A stretch of DNA of 64,000 nucleotides from Clostridia bacterium. GTDB lineage: Bacteria > Bacillota > Clostridia > UMGS1883. The notes under the pieces are model-generated. The model was not told where the DNA came from. It did no database searches and saw nothing but the letters and a program-made list of their open reading frames with translations. Shown here piece by piece: positions 49,069 to 57,434 of the stretch. A program made the translations under genes and the position numbers. Positions within the stretch are counted from its first letter, which is position 1. Each line of letters begins with the position of its first letter. Where the stretch lies: assembly GCA_045546275.1 (NCBI GenBank), contig JAZQCM010000001.1, forward strand, positions 183,079 to 247,078. Direction: 5' to 3'.

Positions 49069-50575
49069 CAATGGTTACTGTGTTTTCAAAAAATCCTTTT
49101 GAAACAATCGATGCAGTTGTTGTGTAAAACTTGTTTTTAGAGAAAACCTGGCGTGGTGTGCCTTCCGAAACGATTTGACCATCATACAAAAAAACACACC
49201 TGTCAGAAAATTCTGCGGAAAACTCCGCATCATGAGTAACTGCAATTATACACATTCCTTTTTCCTTCAACCGCTTTAACAGCTCCCCTACTTCCCTTTT
49301 CCCCTTTGCATCTATCCCCTTTGTTGGTTCATCAAGGCAAAGAATTTCAGGGTTTGTAAGCAGGATTTTTGCAAGAGCTGCCTTTTGTGCCTCTCCTCCG
49401 CTTAAATCAAAGGGATTTCTGTTTAATAGATGAGTAATTTTAAGCTCATCTGCAATTTCCATATAATCATTTGAAACAAGGCTTAAATCATCTTTCAATA
49501 CATCTTTTGTGAAAACTGTTTTGACATTCTGCGGCAAAAGCACTATTTTTGATGTATAATTATGCACTTTCCCCGAATATGGCTTCAAAATATTGTTTAT
49601 AACCCCCATAAAGGAAGTTTTTCCTGCACCATTTCCACCAAGAACAACAGCAATTTCGCCTTTATATGCAGTAAAATTCAATTTTTTCAACACATCGGAA
49701 TCGTTTTTGCCATAACGGAAATAAATATCCTTGGCTCGCAAGGCTTTTTCACCAAATTGAACGCTTTCTTCAATGGAGTTTATATCATTCTTGTAGTTTT
49801 TTCTCAAAAAGCTTCTGCAATCACTAACTGATGCAGGCACATCATTTAAGGATATACCCAGCGCCTTCAGCAACCTTACGGCAAAGGGATATTCAACAGC
49901 ATCGGTATCGAGATTATTAAATACTTCTAAACCTTTTCCTTGGGCAATCAACTTTCCATTTTCCATAACACAAATTTTTGTGGCAAAATTAATTAATTCT
50001 TCAGATTTATGCTCGGAAATGATAATTGTAATCCCCATTTCACTATTAAGCCTTTTTATCATATCAATAAAATTTCTTGCAGCAATTGGGTCAAGCTGAC
50101 TTACCGGTTCATCCAAAAGTAAAATATCCACATCGGATGCCATCACAGACGCAAGAGTTACAAGCTGCTTTTCACCACCTGAAAGTTGGGTGGTTTTTTT
50201 GTGAAAAAGGTGTGTAATGTCAAAAAACTCAGCAGTTTCGGCAACCTTTTGTCTTATTTCATACTTAGGTAACCCCTCGTTTTCAAGAGCGAAGGCAATA
50301 TTGTGCCAAACAGTATCGGAAACAATCTGTGTTTCCACATCCTGTGTTACAATACCGGTTTTTATGCCTCTTTTAATAACTATTTCTCCATTTTTTTCAC
50401 CAAAAGGAGAAATAGCTTCGTTCAAAAGTTTTATTAAAGTTGTTTTTCCGCTGCCGGAAGAGCCTGTTAACAAGATAAAATCTCCTTGATTAACGCTTAA
50501 AGAAAAGTTGTCTAACGCATAGCTTTCCTGCCCGGGATATTTAAAACTTAAATTTTCGATATTAAGTATTTCCAC
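49025..50575 (-). CDS. ECF transporter fused duplicated ATPase (EcfA1-EcfA2)
   Basis: Two ABC cassettes (GSSGSGKTT / GGNGAGKTS; LSGGEKQ / LSGGEAQ). GTG start with a strong AAGGAGGGG RBS. Confidence 0.85.
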   Translation of the reverse strand: MEILNIENLSFKYPGQESYALDNFSLSVNQGDFILLTGSSGSGKTTLIKLLNEAISPFGEKNGEIVIKRGIKTGIVTQDVETQIVSDTVWHNIAFALENEGLPKYEIRQKVAETAEFFDITHLFHKKTTQLSGGEKQLVTLASVMASDVDILLLDEPVSQLDPIAARNFIDMIKRLNSEMGITIIISEHKSEELINFATKICVMENGKLIAQGKGLEVFNNLDTDAVEYPFAVRLLKALGISLNDVPASVSDCRSFLRKNYKNDINSIEESVQFGEKALRAKDIYFRYGKNDSDVLKKLNFTAYKGEIAVVLGGNGAGKTSFMGVINNILKPYSGKVHNYTSKIVLLPQNVKTVFTKDVLKDDLSLVSNDYMEIADELKITHLLNRNPFDLSGGEAQKAALAKILLTNPEILCLDEPTKGIDAKGKREVGELLKRLKEKGMCIIAVTHDAEFSAEFSDRCVFLYDGQIVSEGTPRQVFSKNKFYTTTASIVSKGFFENTVTIDDISTLCKRNGTYQ

Positions 50576-51405
50576 TTTATCCCCTCCTTAAGCTCGTTCA
50601 GACAAGGCAAAAACGATAGAATTGCAACAGACAAATATAACAAATATCCATTATTCTCAAATTTAATTGACGGATAATAGAAAAATTTACCCTGAGAATT
50701 TAAAAGACAAACTATAATAATTGCATCTAAAGCACATACCAAATGAGAAAACAACACATCGTGCTTTGAGTATAAAACATCACTATAGTCGGAGTGCTTT
50801 GCGTTTTCAAAGCCACGGGACCGCATAACATCTGCGGTGTCTATGGCGTTTTCTATTGATAATGAAATCAGCGACGAAAAAGAATTTGTCGCAAGGTTAA
50901 GCTTTCCTTTAATAGTTTTTGTATCAAATACTCCTAAAGCTTTTTGTGTGTTCATTATAGTTTTAGCATTTTCGGTTACAAGTGGAATGAACCTTAATAT
51001 CATAATAAAAACAACGCTTAATTTAGGTGATAGTTTTCCAAGTATGTATGTGAGCTTGTCCTCGGTGAAAACATAGGAAAAAAGCTTAAACCAGAACACA
51101 ACGCCAACAATTAAAAGTGCTGTAGCAAAGCCATAAAAGAGCGCTTCAAAGGTTATACGTTGGTCAAACAAATAGAAAAGCACAGTTTCTCCGTTGTGAG
51201 AAAATATGGGATTAGACAAAGTTATAATGAAAAACAAGGGTAAATACAACTTAATTCCAAGCTTTTTTGTAAAAACCCCCACCGTTATAATACCTCCCAA
51301 AAACAAAACCAGAAGTACTACCGGATTCATTGTAATCAGCGATAAAATAACAATTGATGCAAAGAATATTAATAATGTGATCGGATGAAAATCCTTAAAT
51401 TGCAT
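50548..51405 (-). CDS. ECF transporter transmembrane (T) component EcfT
   Basis: 285 aa polytopic protein with an EcfT-like Arg-rich coupling region. Overlaps ecfA by 28 nt. Confidence 0.8.
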   Translation of the reverse strand: MQFKDFHPITLLIFFASIVILSLITMNPVVLLVLFLGGIITVGVFTKKLGIKLYLPLFFIITLSNPIFSHNGETVLFYLFDQRITFEALFYGFATALLIVGVVFWFKLFSYVFTEDKLTYILGKLSPKLSVVFIMILRFIPLVTENAKTIMNTQKALGVFDTKTIKGKLNLATNSFSSLISLSIENAIDTADVMRSRGFENAKHSDYSDVLYSKHDVLFSHLVCALDAIIIVCLLNSQGKFFYYPSIKFENNGYLLYLSVAILSFLPCLNELKEGIKWKYLISKI

Positions 51406-51407
51406 TA

Positions 51408-51893
51408 TTATCCCCCATTTTTGTAACTTTCACCAATATCTTTTCCCAAATTACAGGTGTACACCCATTCTATTACATCTCCATCATGAAGAACATATTC
51501 ACTGCAGCCTTTGGCAGCAAATTGCCCATTTACAGTGTACATCCAACCCGACAATTCTCCGCAGGAAAATTCATAAACATAATTAATTCCTTCAACATAG
51601 CAGTCATGAAGAGATTGTGTGTATTCAAGTTGTATATTATTCTCTTTTGCCACAGCTTTAAGAGCATCCAACACACTTGAGCCTTTAGATACATTAATTA
51701 TAGTTTTTTGCAAAATTGAACCATTTTCAGGTATGTATTCAGTGTTTTTAAGTGCTTCATCAAGCTTTAAATAGTTTTCAAAAACTGTAGCACAATTAAT
51801 AGATACCGATACACTGATAAGCTCCGCGTCCTTTTGATTACAACCAGAAATAATAACAATTAATACTAAAAATAATACTAATACTTTCCTCAT
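51408..51893 (-). CDS. DUF4430-domain lipoprotein (transcobalamin/intrinsic-factor beta-domain-like)
   Basis: Lipobox LIVIISGCN. C-terminal motif SGWMYTVNG...GDVIEWVY is shared with two other ORFs in the operon. Its ATG overlaps the upstream stop (ATGA). Confidence 0.6.
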   Translation of the reverse strand: MRKVLVLFLVLIVIISGCNQKDAELISVSVSINCATVFENYLKLDEALKNTEYIPENGSILQKTIINVSKGSSVLDALKAVAKENNIQLEYTQSLHDCYVEGINYVYEFSCGELSGWMYTVNGQFAAKGCSEYVLHDGDVIEWVYTCNLGKDIGESYKNGG

Positions 51894-53143
51894 ATTCGTC
51901 TCCTGATTATTATAACAGAAAATATTACAATTGCAACAAAAATCCCCGGAATTGTCCACATATTGAATAATGGTTTGTTGTTTGTTCCAACTTCGTTAAT
52001 CTCGGTCGTTGGTGCTTCTGTTGGTATGTTTTCTTCAATAGTTTCAACAATATTATCGGTAGTTGCTGAAACTTCAACTGTGGGCTCAACAGACAATTTG
52101 ACTTCTGTATATTCATTTATGGGCTCATTAAATAATTCAACTTCTGTCTGGGACACAGCAAAAAACTCGGTAGGTATTTCAATTTCCATCTGAACCGTTT
52201 CAAGCTTTAAAAAAGTCTCTTCCTCTGTTGCAGGCTCGGTTTCGCTTTCAACGTTTTTCGCCATAGCATTTGCTGAATACACAGGCCCGTTCTTATCAAT
52301 GGCCGACAACGCACAAACAGCTTGATATGTTGCCATTACGTCAGTTTCTCCACCTGCAACATGTGAAAACCCATCAGCTGTTTTAAATTGCAATAAGGCG
52401 TTGTGTAAATCTATAAATTCACCATAAAACCTATTTTGAAAAGCTTTCAAGGCAATTATAACCTGTGCTGTACTTTCGGCGTTAGGCACCCCTTTTTCCG
52501 AAAAAGTACCATCTTTGTTCTGAGTGCTTTGCAAGTAATTCATGGCACGCACAACTGTATTGTTGACATTAACATCATCCATATAAAAGGATAAAGCGTA
52601 AAGAACCATGGCTGTGATGTCACAGCTCGACTCATCATCAGAAAGAGAAAAGCCGCCATCTTCATTCTGTTTTGAAAGTATTTCCCTAAGAATTGCGTCC
52701 TCTGTATTAATACCATTTCTGACTTTTTCAAAATTGCCTGAATTTAATGCAATTAACGCCCATATGTAACCATTTAGACCTTGTTTTCCAAGGTTTTCTC
52801 TGAAATACACACCGTCATTTAAAAGATTAATCCCAAAGAAGTTTGTTGCATCGTAACCAAGAAGGTTTAGTGCAATTATTAAGCGGTGCCATTCGGTGGA
52901 TTTGTTTGCACTGAGCTTGCTTTTAGTTAAATACTTGCTTTGTACATATTCATTCAATCCTGTTATATATACGTCCTCATCAAAATCAACTCCCGAAACA
53001 GTCAGTGCAATTGCAGACCAATCTGAATGTGTACTTCCGGGCGAAGACATAAGAACATTTTCTAAAACAGATTCATTTCCCAAAACCACCGTAGAATTTG
53101 AAAGGATACTAAAAACCAATAAAACTATAGCAATCTTTTTCAT
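51890..53143 (-). CDS. Secreted, C-terminally TM-anchored prenyltransferase / squalene-cyclase-like alpha/alpha-toroid repeat protein
   Basis: Signal peptide; repeated motifs QNEDGGFS and QNKDGTF with aromatic spacing, typical of terpenoid-cyclase/prenyltransferase repeats. Glu/Thr-rich linker and a C-terminal TM with RRRI. Confidence 0.55.
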   Translation of the reverse strand: MKKIAIVLLVFSILSNSTVVLGNESVLENVLMSSPGSTHSDWSAIALTVSGVDFDEDVYITGLNEYVQSKYLTKSKLSANKSTEWHRLIIALNLLGYDATNFFGINLLNDGVYFRENLGKQGLNGYIWALIALNSGNFEKVRNGINTEDAILREILSKQNEDGGFSLSDDESSCDITAMVLYALSFYMDDVNVNNTVVRAMNYLQSTQNKDGTFSEKGVPNAESTAQVIIALKAFQNRFYGEFIDLHNALLQFKTADGFSHVAGGETDVMATYQAVCALSAIDKNGPVYSANAMAKNVESETEPATEEETFLKLETVQMEIEIPTEFFAVSQTEVELFNEPINEYTEVKLSVEPTVEVSATTDNIVETIEENIPTEAPTTEINEVGTNNKPLFNMWTIPGIFVAIVIFSVIIIRRRI

Positions 53144-53697
53144 AATAACAAATCTTCCCCATAATTAAGCGTAAATATAAGTTCAATTTTGTCCCCGGGT
53201 TTAGGAATATAATCACACATACCAACAGATGGCAATTCATCATTCACTGTGAATACCCATCCTGATGTATCCGTAAAGTCAAATTCCCCAAGGGTTCCTT
53301 CAATACTTACGCTGTCAGTATATTCAATATTGTTTTCAGATAAATATGCTTTTGCTTCATCGGAAATAAAGGCGTTGGAAGTGTCGATTTCTTCAACTGC
53401 TGAAAGATAAAACCATTCTTCTGTTGTCCCTGAATAAATGGGAACAAAACCGCTTTCTTCGAGAATACTTATAAAAATTTCAGCACAGTTTTGTCCAACA
53501 AAGACAACCTCTGTTAAAGGGACTATTTCTTCTATTGAAACATTCGGTGCTTCTACAGCACAGTAAATATAGTCTTCAATTGGTTCATCATAGTCGTTGA
53601 TATACTCACTGTCTGTAATTTCATACTGCTGAACAATACCTTCAGTAACGCTTGTTAAAGCAATTATGGCAGCGGTTAAAACAGTAAAAATCTTCAT
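53140..53697 (-). CDS. Secreted DUF4430-like protein
   Basis: Signal peptide. C-terminal SGWVFTVNDE...GDKIELIF matches the shared DUF4430-like motif. Confidence 0.5.
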   Translation of the reverse strand: MKIFTVLTAAIIALTSVTEGIVQQYEITDSEYINDYDEPIEDYIYCAVEAPNVSIEEIVPLTEVVFVGQNCAEIFISILEESGFVPIYSGTTEEWFYLSAVEEIDTSNAFISDEAKAYLSENNIEYTDSVSIEGTLGEFDFTDTSGWVFTVNDELPSVGMCDYIPKPGDKIELIFTLNYGEDLLL

Positions 53698-55854
53698 TTA
53701 CTTCACCTCCGTAATCGGAACAAGGCCCTCGTTCCAGACAAACACTTTAATGTTGCCATCCATACCTGAAATGTCCACATTTTCAACATAACAGCCATTA
53801 TCCTTTTCTATTTTCCTTACAATCGTATCTGTTACCATGGAATCATTATAATTAGCAATTATTACATATGCATCACATTTAAGATTTGCATTGATTTTCA
53901 CAAAAACTTCAGATTGTTCAACAGAAATACCTGCTACATTAATTTCCAGCCATGGTGCAATTAAGGGGGAGCCACCCTCCCTTTCCGATGCTGAAATTAC
54001 ATATTTTCCCGGCATATCAAAAGATAATGTAACAACTCCCTGATCATCAGTAGTCTCGATTGTTTCCATTTCACCCGTTTTGGGGTCAACAACAGTAATA
54101 TCCGCATTTGAAATATTCATCATCATATTCTCAAGCTTCGAATCTTCGTAACAGCTGTACCAACCAAAAGGATAACCCTTAAGAGTAAGTGTAAATTCTT
54201 CGCTTTTATTAACATCTATATTTTCACAAGCTTTACCCTGATTTTCAAAATGAACATAGTTGTCTAATGCCCAGTCGTCACGGTAAAAGAAAAACTCAAC
54301 CTTGTCCCCTTCTTTAACAGGAGATTGATTTAAAGAATAACCCGTATAGCCGTAATCAGTCAAAACATCGTCGTGAGGAGCCTTGCCGTTTACAGCAAAG
54401 CCAAAGTTATATGTATCAATACAAAGAACTCTTGATAAATAGCCCTCTTGAGAAACAGAAAGATAATCATTACAGGTTTCTTGCGTAAAATCTTCACCGA
54501 ATGTATCTTCATGAATTTTTACAAGCACGTCAAGAGCAGATGCAGAATCTGTTACAGTGTCTGTATAACCATAGCTTTCAGCCTTATCGGCAAACACTTT
54601 CACATCAGTTAAAGGAACAATAAATCCATCCTCAATTAAAGCAGTACGGACTTTTGTTCTGCTGTCTTTTAACGCAAAAAGATACCCTGAGTCATTTTTG
54701 TAATATAAAGTACCATTTTCATCAGCAATTATGTCTGAAATACAATATTGTGAGTATCCGTCAGCATTATAAATTTCATCGACTATACAATCGTCAACAC
54801 TATCAGCATCAGGTTTGATTTTAATAAGTATAATGCCACCCGGTGTTGAGTTGTATGTGGTGTAAAGATAAATATATCCTTCATCAGCAATGTGAGTTGT
54901 CGATAACAGCACAGTGCATTGGGGATATGCTTTTACAGGAACTGAAAAAAGTTTTGTAAGGCTGTTTGCATCAAACACAGAAATTGTTTTGTTTGCCGTT
55001 CCTATATAAATTCTTCCATTGTAAATTACAGGCGTAGATGTGGATGCTGCGCCAATTTCACCGTATTTAACATCGGACAGTATATTTTTGTCTAATTTAG
55101 CTGAAACAAGGTAACCACCTTTTGTTGTAGCGTAAATTCTGCCTTCGTAATATGTAACAGTTGAACGGATGTCACCTTTGTTTTCAACATCAATGCTGCT
55201 TATAATTTCACCGCTTGTTTTATCGCAGGAATAAATATGAGCAATTTTATCTGTGCCATCATCCGTTGCAAAAATAACAGAATCGTCGGTAGTGTATGCA
55301 CCAACCCAGTACAAGCCGCCATCTATATTTTTACGCCATTTAACCTCTCCTGTTTCACTGTCTAATGCAACAAATGCCGCTTCTTTCTTTTCCCCGTTCC
55401 AGAATCCGGTAAACACCAAGTTTTCGGAGTATGTAACAGGCGACATTCCTTTTCCTCCCGAAATATCTTCAAACACCCATTCTGATTCAAATGTTTCAGC
55501 ATTAAAAGCCTGAACTGTTCCATTTGACAAATTCATGAAAATTTTACCATTAGCAAAAGTCGGTGCAACATAGCCATAGCTTTGCTGCTCTGCCATTGAA
55601 ATTTTTGTAATTATACTTCCGTCTTCAACATTAACTGCAAAAAGCTCGTCACCTGACATGATAACAATTTTATCTTCAACAATCACAGGTACTCCGGCAG
55701 GTTTTTGCCAGCCTTCGCCAATTTTTGTTGCCCATTTAAGGGTTAAGGTGTCGCCGGTGTCAGTATCTGTAACCGTACCAAAAACTGTTATACTGCTTGT
55801 AATAACCAGTATAAAAACCAAAATTACTGTAAAAAAATTTGAGTATGCCTTCAT
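53698..55854 (-). CDS. Secreted PQQ-like beta-propeller repeat protein with an embedded DUF4430-like module and a C-terminal beta-rich region
   Basis: Signal peptide. Recurrent propeller-blade patterns (LFAVNVEDGS, FVALDSETGEVKW, IYATTKGGYL, IYIGTANKTISVFDANS). A mid-region module ..GYSLNQSPVKEGDKVEFFFY.. is DUF4430-like. RBS GGAGG. Confidence 0.55.
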   Translation of the reverse strand: MKAYSNFFTVILVFILVITSSITVFGTVTDTDTGDTLTLKWATKIGEGWQKPAGVPVIVEDKIVIMSGDELFAVNVEDGSIITKISMAEQQSYGYVAPTFANGKIFMNLSNGTVQAFNAETFESEWVFEDISGGKGMSPVTYSENLVFTGFWNGEKKEAAFVALDSETGEVKWRKNIDGGLYWVGAYTTDDSVIFATDDGTDKIAHIYSCDKTSGEIISSIDVENKGDIRSTVTYYEGRIYATTKGGYLVSAKLDKNILSDVKYGEIGAASTSTPVIYNGRIYIGTANKTISVFDANSLTKLFSVPVKAYPQCTVLLSTTHIADEGYIYLYTTYNSTPGGIILIKIKPDADSVDDCIVDEIYNADGYSQYCISDIIADENGTLYYKNDSGYLFALKDSRTKVRTALIEDGFIVPLTDVKVFADKAESYGYTDTVTDSASALDVLVKIHEDTFGEDFTQETCNDYLSVSQEGYLSRVLCIDTYNFGFAVNGKAPHDDVLTDYGYTGYSLNQSPVKEGDKVEFFFYRDDWALDNYVHFENQGKACENIDVNKSEEFTLTLKGYPFGWYSCYEDSKLENMMMNISNADITVVDPKTGEMETIETTDDQGVVTLSFDMPGKYVISASEREGGSPLIAPWLEINVAGISVEQSEVFVKINANLKCDAYVIIANYNDSMVTDTIVRKIEKDNGCYVENVDISGMDGNIKVFVWNEGLVPITEVK

Positions 55855-55964
55855 TCTAATAACCTCCGTTTGTTTTTTTACAGAATAATGGCATACTCAA
55901 ACAAGGCTTCTTACGAAACCTTAAAAGCGTACAATCCAGTATCCTGTGGATTTATAGTACAAAG

Positions 55965-56122
55965 AAGTGGCAGGTCTTCCGACTCAGTTTCAACGCTTTC
56001 CTCGTCTTCCCGGTTACCCAGTGACATTTTAAGAAAAGCTCCGCATCACGGCAGCAAGGTCTGTCTGGGATTTTCACCCAGTTCCCTATTATGCGTATCT
56101 GCAAAATGCAATACGCCACCTA
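55965..56122 (-). ncRNA. Cobalamin (AdoCbl/B12) riboswitch
   Basis: The minus-strand RNA reads ..AGGUGGC..AAUAGGGAACUGGGUGAAAAUCCCAG..GCUGCCGUGAUG..GUCACUGGG..GGGAAGACG..AGUCGGAAGACCUGCC (B12 box). A ~110-nt expression platform precedes the first ORF, and the segment GCCUUGUUUG can pair with the SD region CAAACGGAGG. Confidence 0.85.
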
Positions 56123-56146
56123 CATCTTTATATTATTCAATTTTAA

Positions 56147-56593
56147 TTATTCAAAACTCATCTGCGAAAAATCACATATGTAAATCCAGCTTATTAAATC
56201 TCCTTCGGAAACAGTATAATCTGTCATAATAGCTTCGTTATTGACTTCATATACCCATCCGCTCATTTCACCGCAGGATTTTTCATAAATGTAATTAATT
56301 CCCTTAGCGTAGCCCGAATCTGCATCAATCTGAATGTCATATTCTTTAGCTACTTTCTTTAAAACATCAAGGGCGCTGTCGCCTTCATTAGCCTCAACTT
56401 CAACAGTTTTAAGTATAAGACCATCTTTGGGCACATACTTTTCATCACGAAGGCTTTCGTCAAGCATTTCGTAATTTGAAAGAATGTCGCTACAGTCAAT
56501 CTCAACTTTAACGTTTACCACATCTTTCTTTGCACAGCCTGCAGTTACAAGCAATACTAAAATGAGTAAAAGTGTTTTGATTAAACTTTTCAT
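56147..56593 (-). CDS. DUF4430-domain lipoprotein (fourth paralogue)
   Basis: Lipobox LVTAGCAK. Motif CGEMSGWVYEVNNE...GDLISWIY. Confidence 0.6.
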   Translation of the reverse strand: MKSLIKTLLLILVLLVTAGCAKKDVVNVKVEIDCSDILSNYEMLDESLRDEKYVPKDGLILKTVEVEANEGDSALDVLKKVAKEYDIQIDADSGYAKGINYIYEKSCGEMSGWVYEVNNEAIMTDYTVSEGDLISWIYICDFSQMSFE

Positions 56594-57423
56594 TAATCAA
56601 TTTCACCTCGTCTACGTAACAAATAATAATTCAGCTCACCACCTACCAGCAAGAATACAATGCAAAAATAAATCCAAAGCATCATGATGATAAGCGCTGT
56701 AAGACTACCATAAAGATATGACTTGTTTGAAAAATTGTCAATATAAATTGAAAATAAATATGAAAAAATTATCCAACCTGATGAAGACAACACCGCTCCG
56801 GGGATTTGTTTTACAAAGCGAAGCTTACGTCCTGTTGCAAATGTATAGATACAGGTAAACACAAAGGACAATACAAGCATTGAAATCAAAAGCTTTGCCG
56901 AAAGTACTTTGCTTACAATGATAATTGCTATCGGAAAAAATTTATTTATAATTTCTCCTGCAACATTTCCGAAAACCATTAAAATCAATGATACCAGTAT
57001 TGCAATCACAACCATTATTGTGAAAAACACACCTTGCAAATTAAGCTTGATAAAATTCCTCTTTTCCTTAACTTTGTAAACACAGTCAAGCCCCTTTTCC
57101 AACGCAACTACGCTTCGGGAGGCTGTCCACAACAGCATGAGTGCAGGTACAGAAATTACCGACACCGAATCTGCGGCAAGAACTTCCGAAATTATATAAT
57201 GCACAAAGCTAAGTACACTTTTGGGGACGTTTCTTCCGAATAAATTAATTATTTCATCGGCAGTAAAGGTTATAAACCTACCTGTCAACATCAGAATTAA
57301 AATCAGAAACGGAACCGCAGAAATCACAATATAGAAGGAAGCATACGCGCTATACACGGTTATATTATCATCACCTGCTGTTTTAAATATTGATTTAGAA
57401 ACATTATACAGCTTCTTTATCAT
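56593..57423 (-). CDS. YihY/BrkB family inner-membrane protein
   Basis: 276 aa polytopic protein with a YihY-like N-terminal block. Confidence 0.7.
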   Translation of the reverse strand: MIKKLYNVSKSIFKTAGDDNITVYSAYASFYIVISAVPFLILILMLTGRFITFTADEIINLFGRNVPKSVLSFVHYIISEVLAADSVSVISVPALMLLWTASRSVVALEKGLDCVYKVKEKRNFIKLNLQGVFFTIMVVIAILVSLILMVFGNVAGEIINKFFPIAIIIVSKVLSAKLLISMLVLSFVFTCIYTFATGRKLRFVKQIPGAVLSSSGWIIFSYLFSIYIDNFSNKSYLYGSLTALIIMMLWIYFCIVFLLVGGELNYYLLRRRGEID

Positions 57424-57434
57424 ATTATCATTCC

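Noticed and set aside
48945-49071. N-terminal 40 codons of the ECF S-component ORF (TTG start at 49071 in the ORF track)
   Set aside because: The annotated TTG start has no SD and overlaps ecfA by 47 nt. Internal ATGs at 49068, 49041 and 48945 are alternatives and the true start is unresolved from sequence alone. The N-terminal extension is treated as uncertain rather than real.
55870-56229. 119-aa plus-strand ORF (MFFYRIMAYSNKASYETLKAY...) in the gap between the beta-propeller gene and the DUF4430 lipoprotein gene
   Set aside because: It overlaps the minus-strand cobalamin riboswitch and its expression platform. It has no RBS and a Ser/Pro-rich low-complexity composition. The riboswitch, not the ORF, explains the conservation-like structure.
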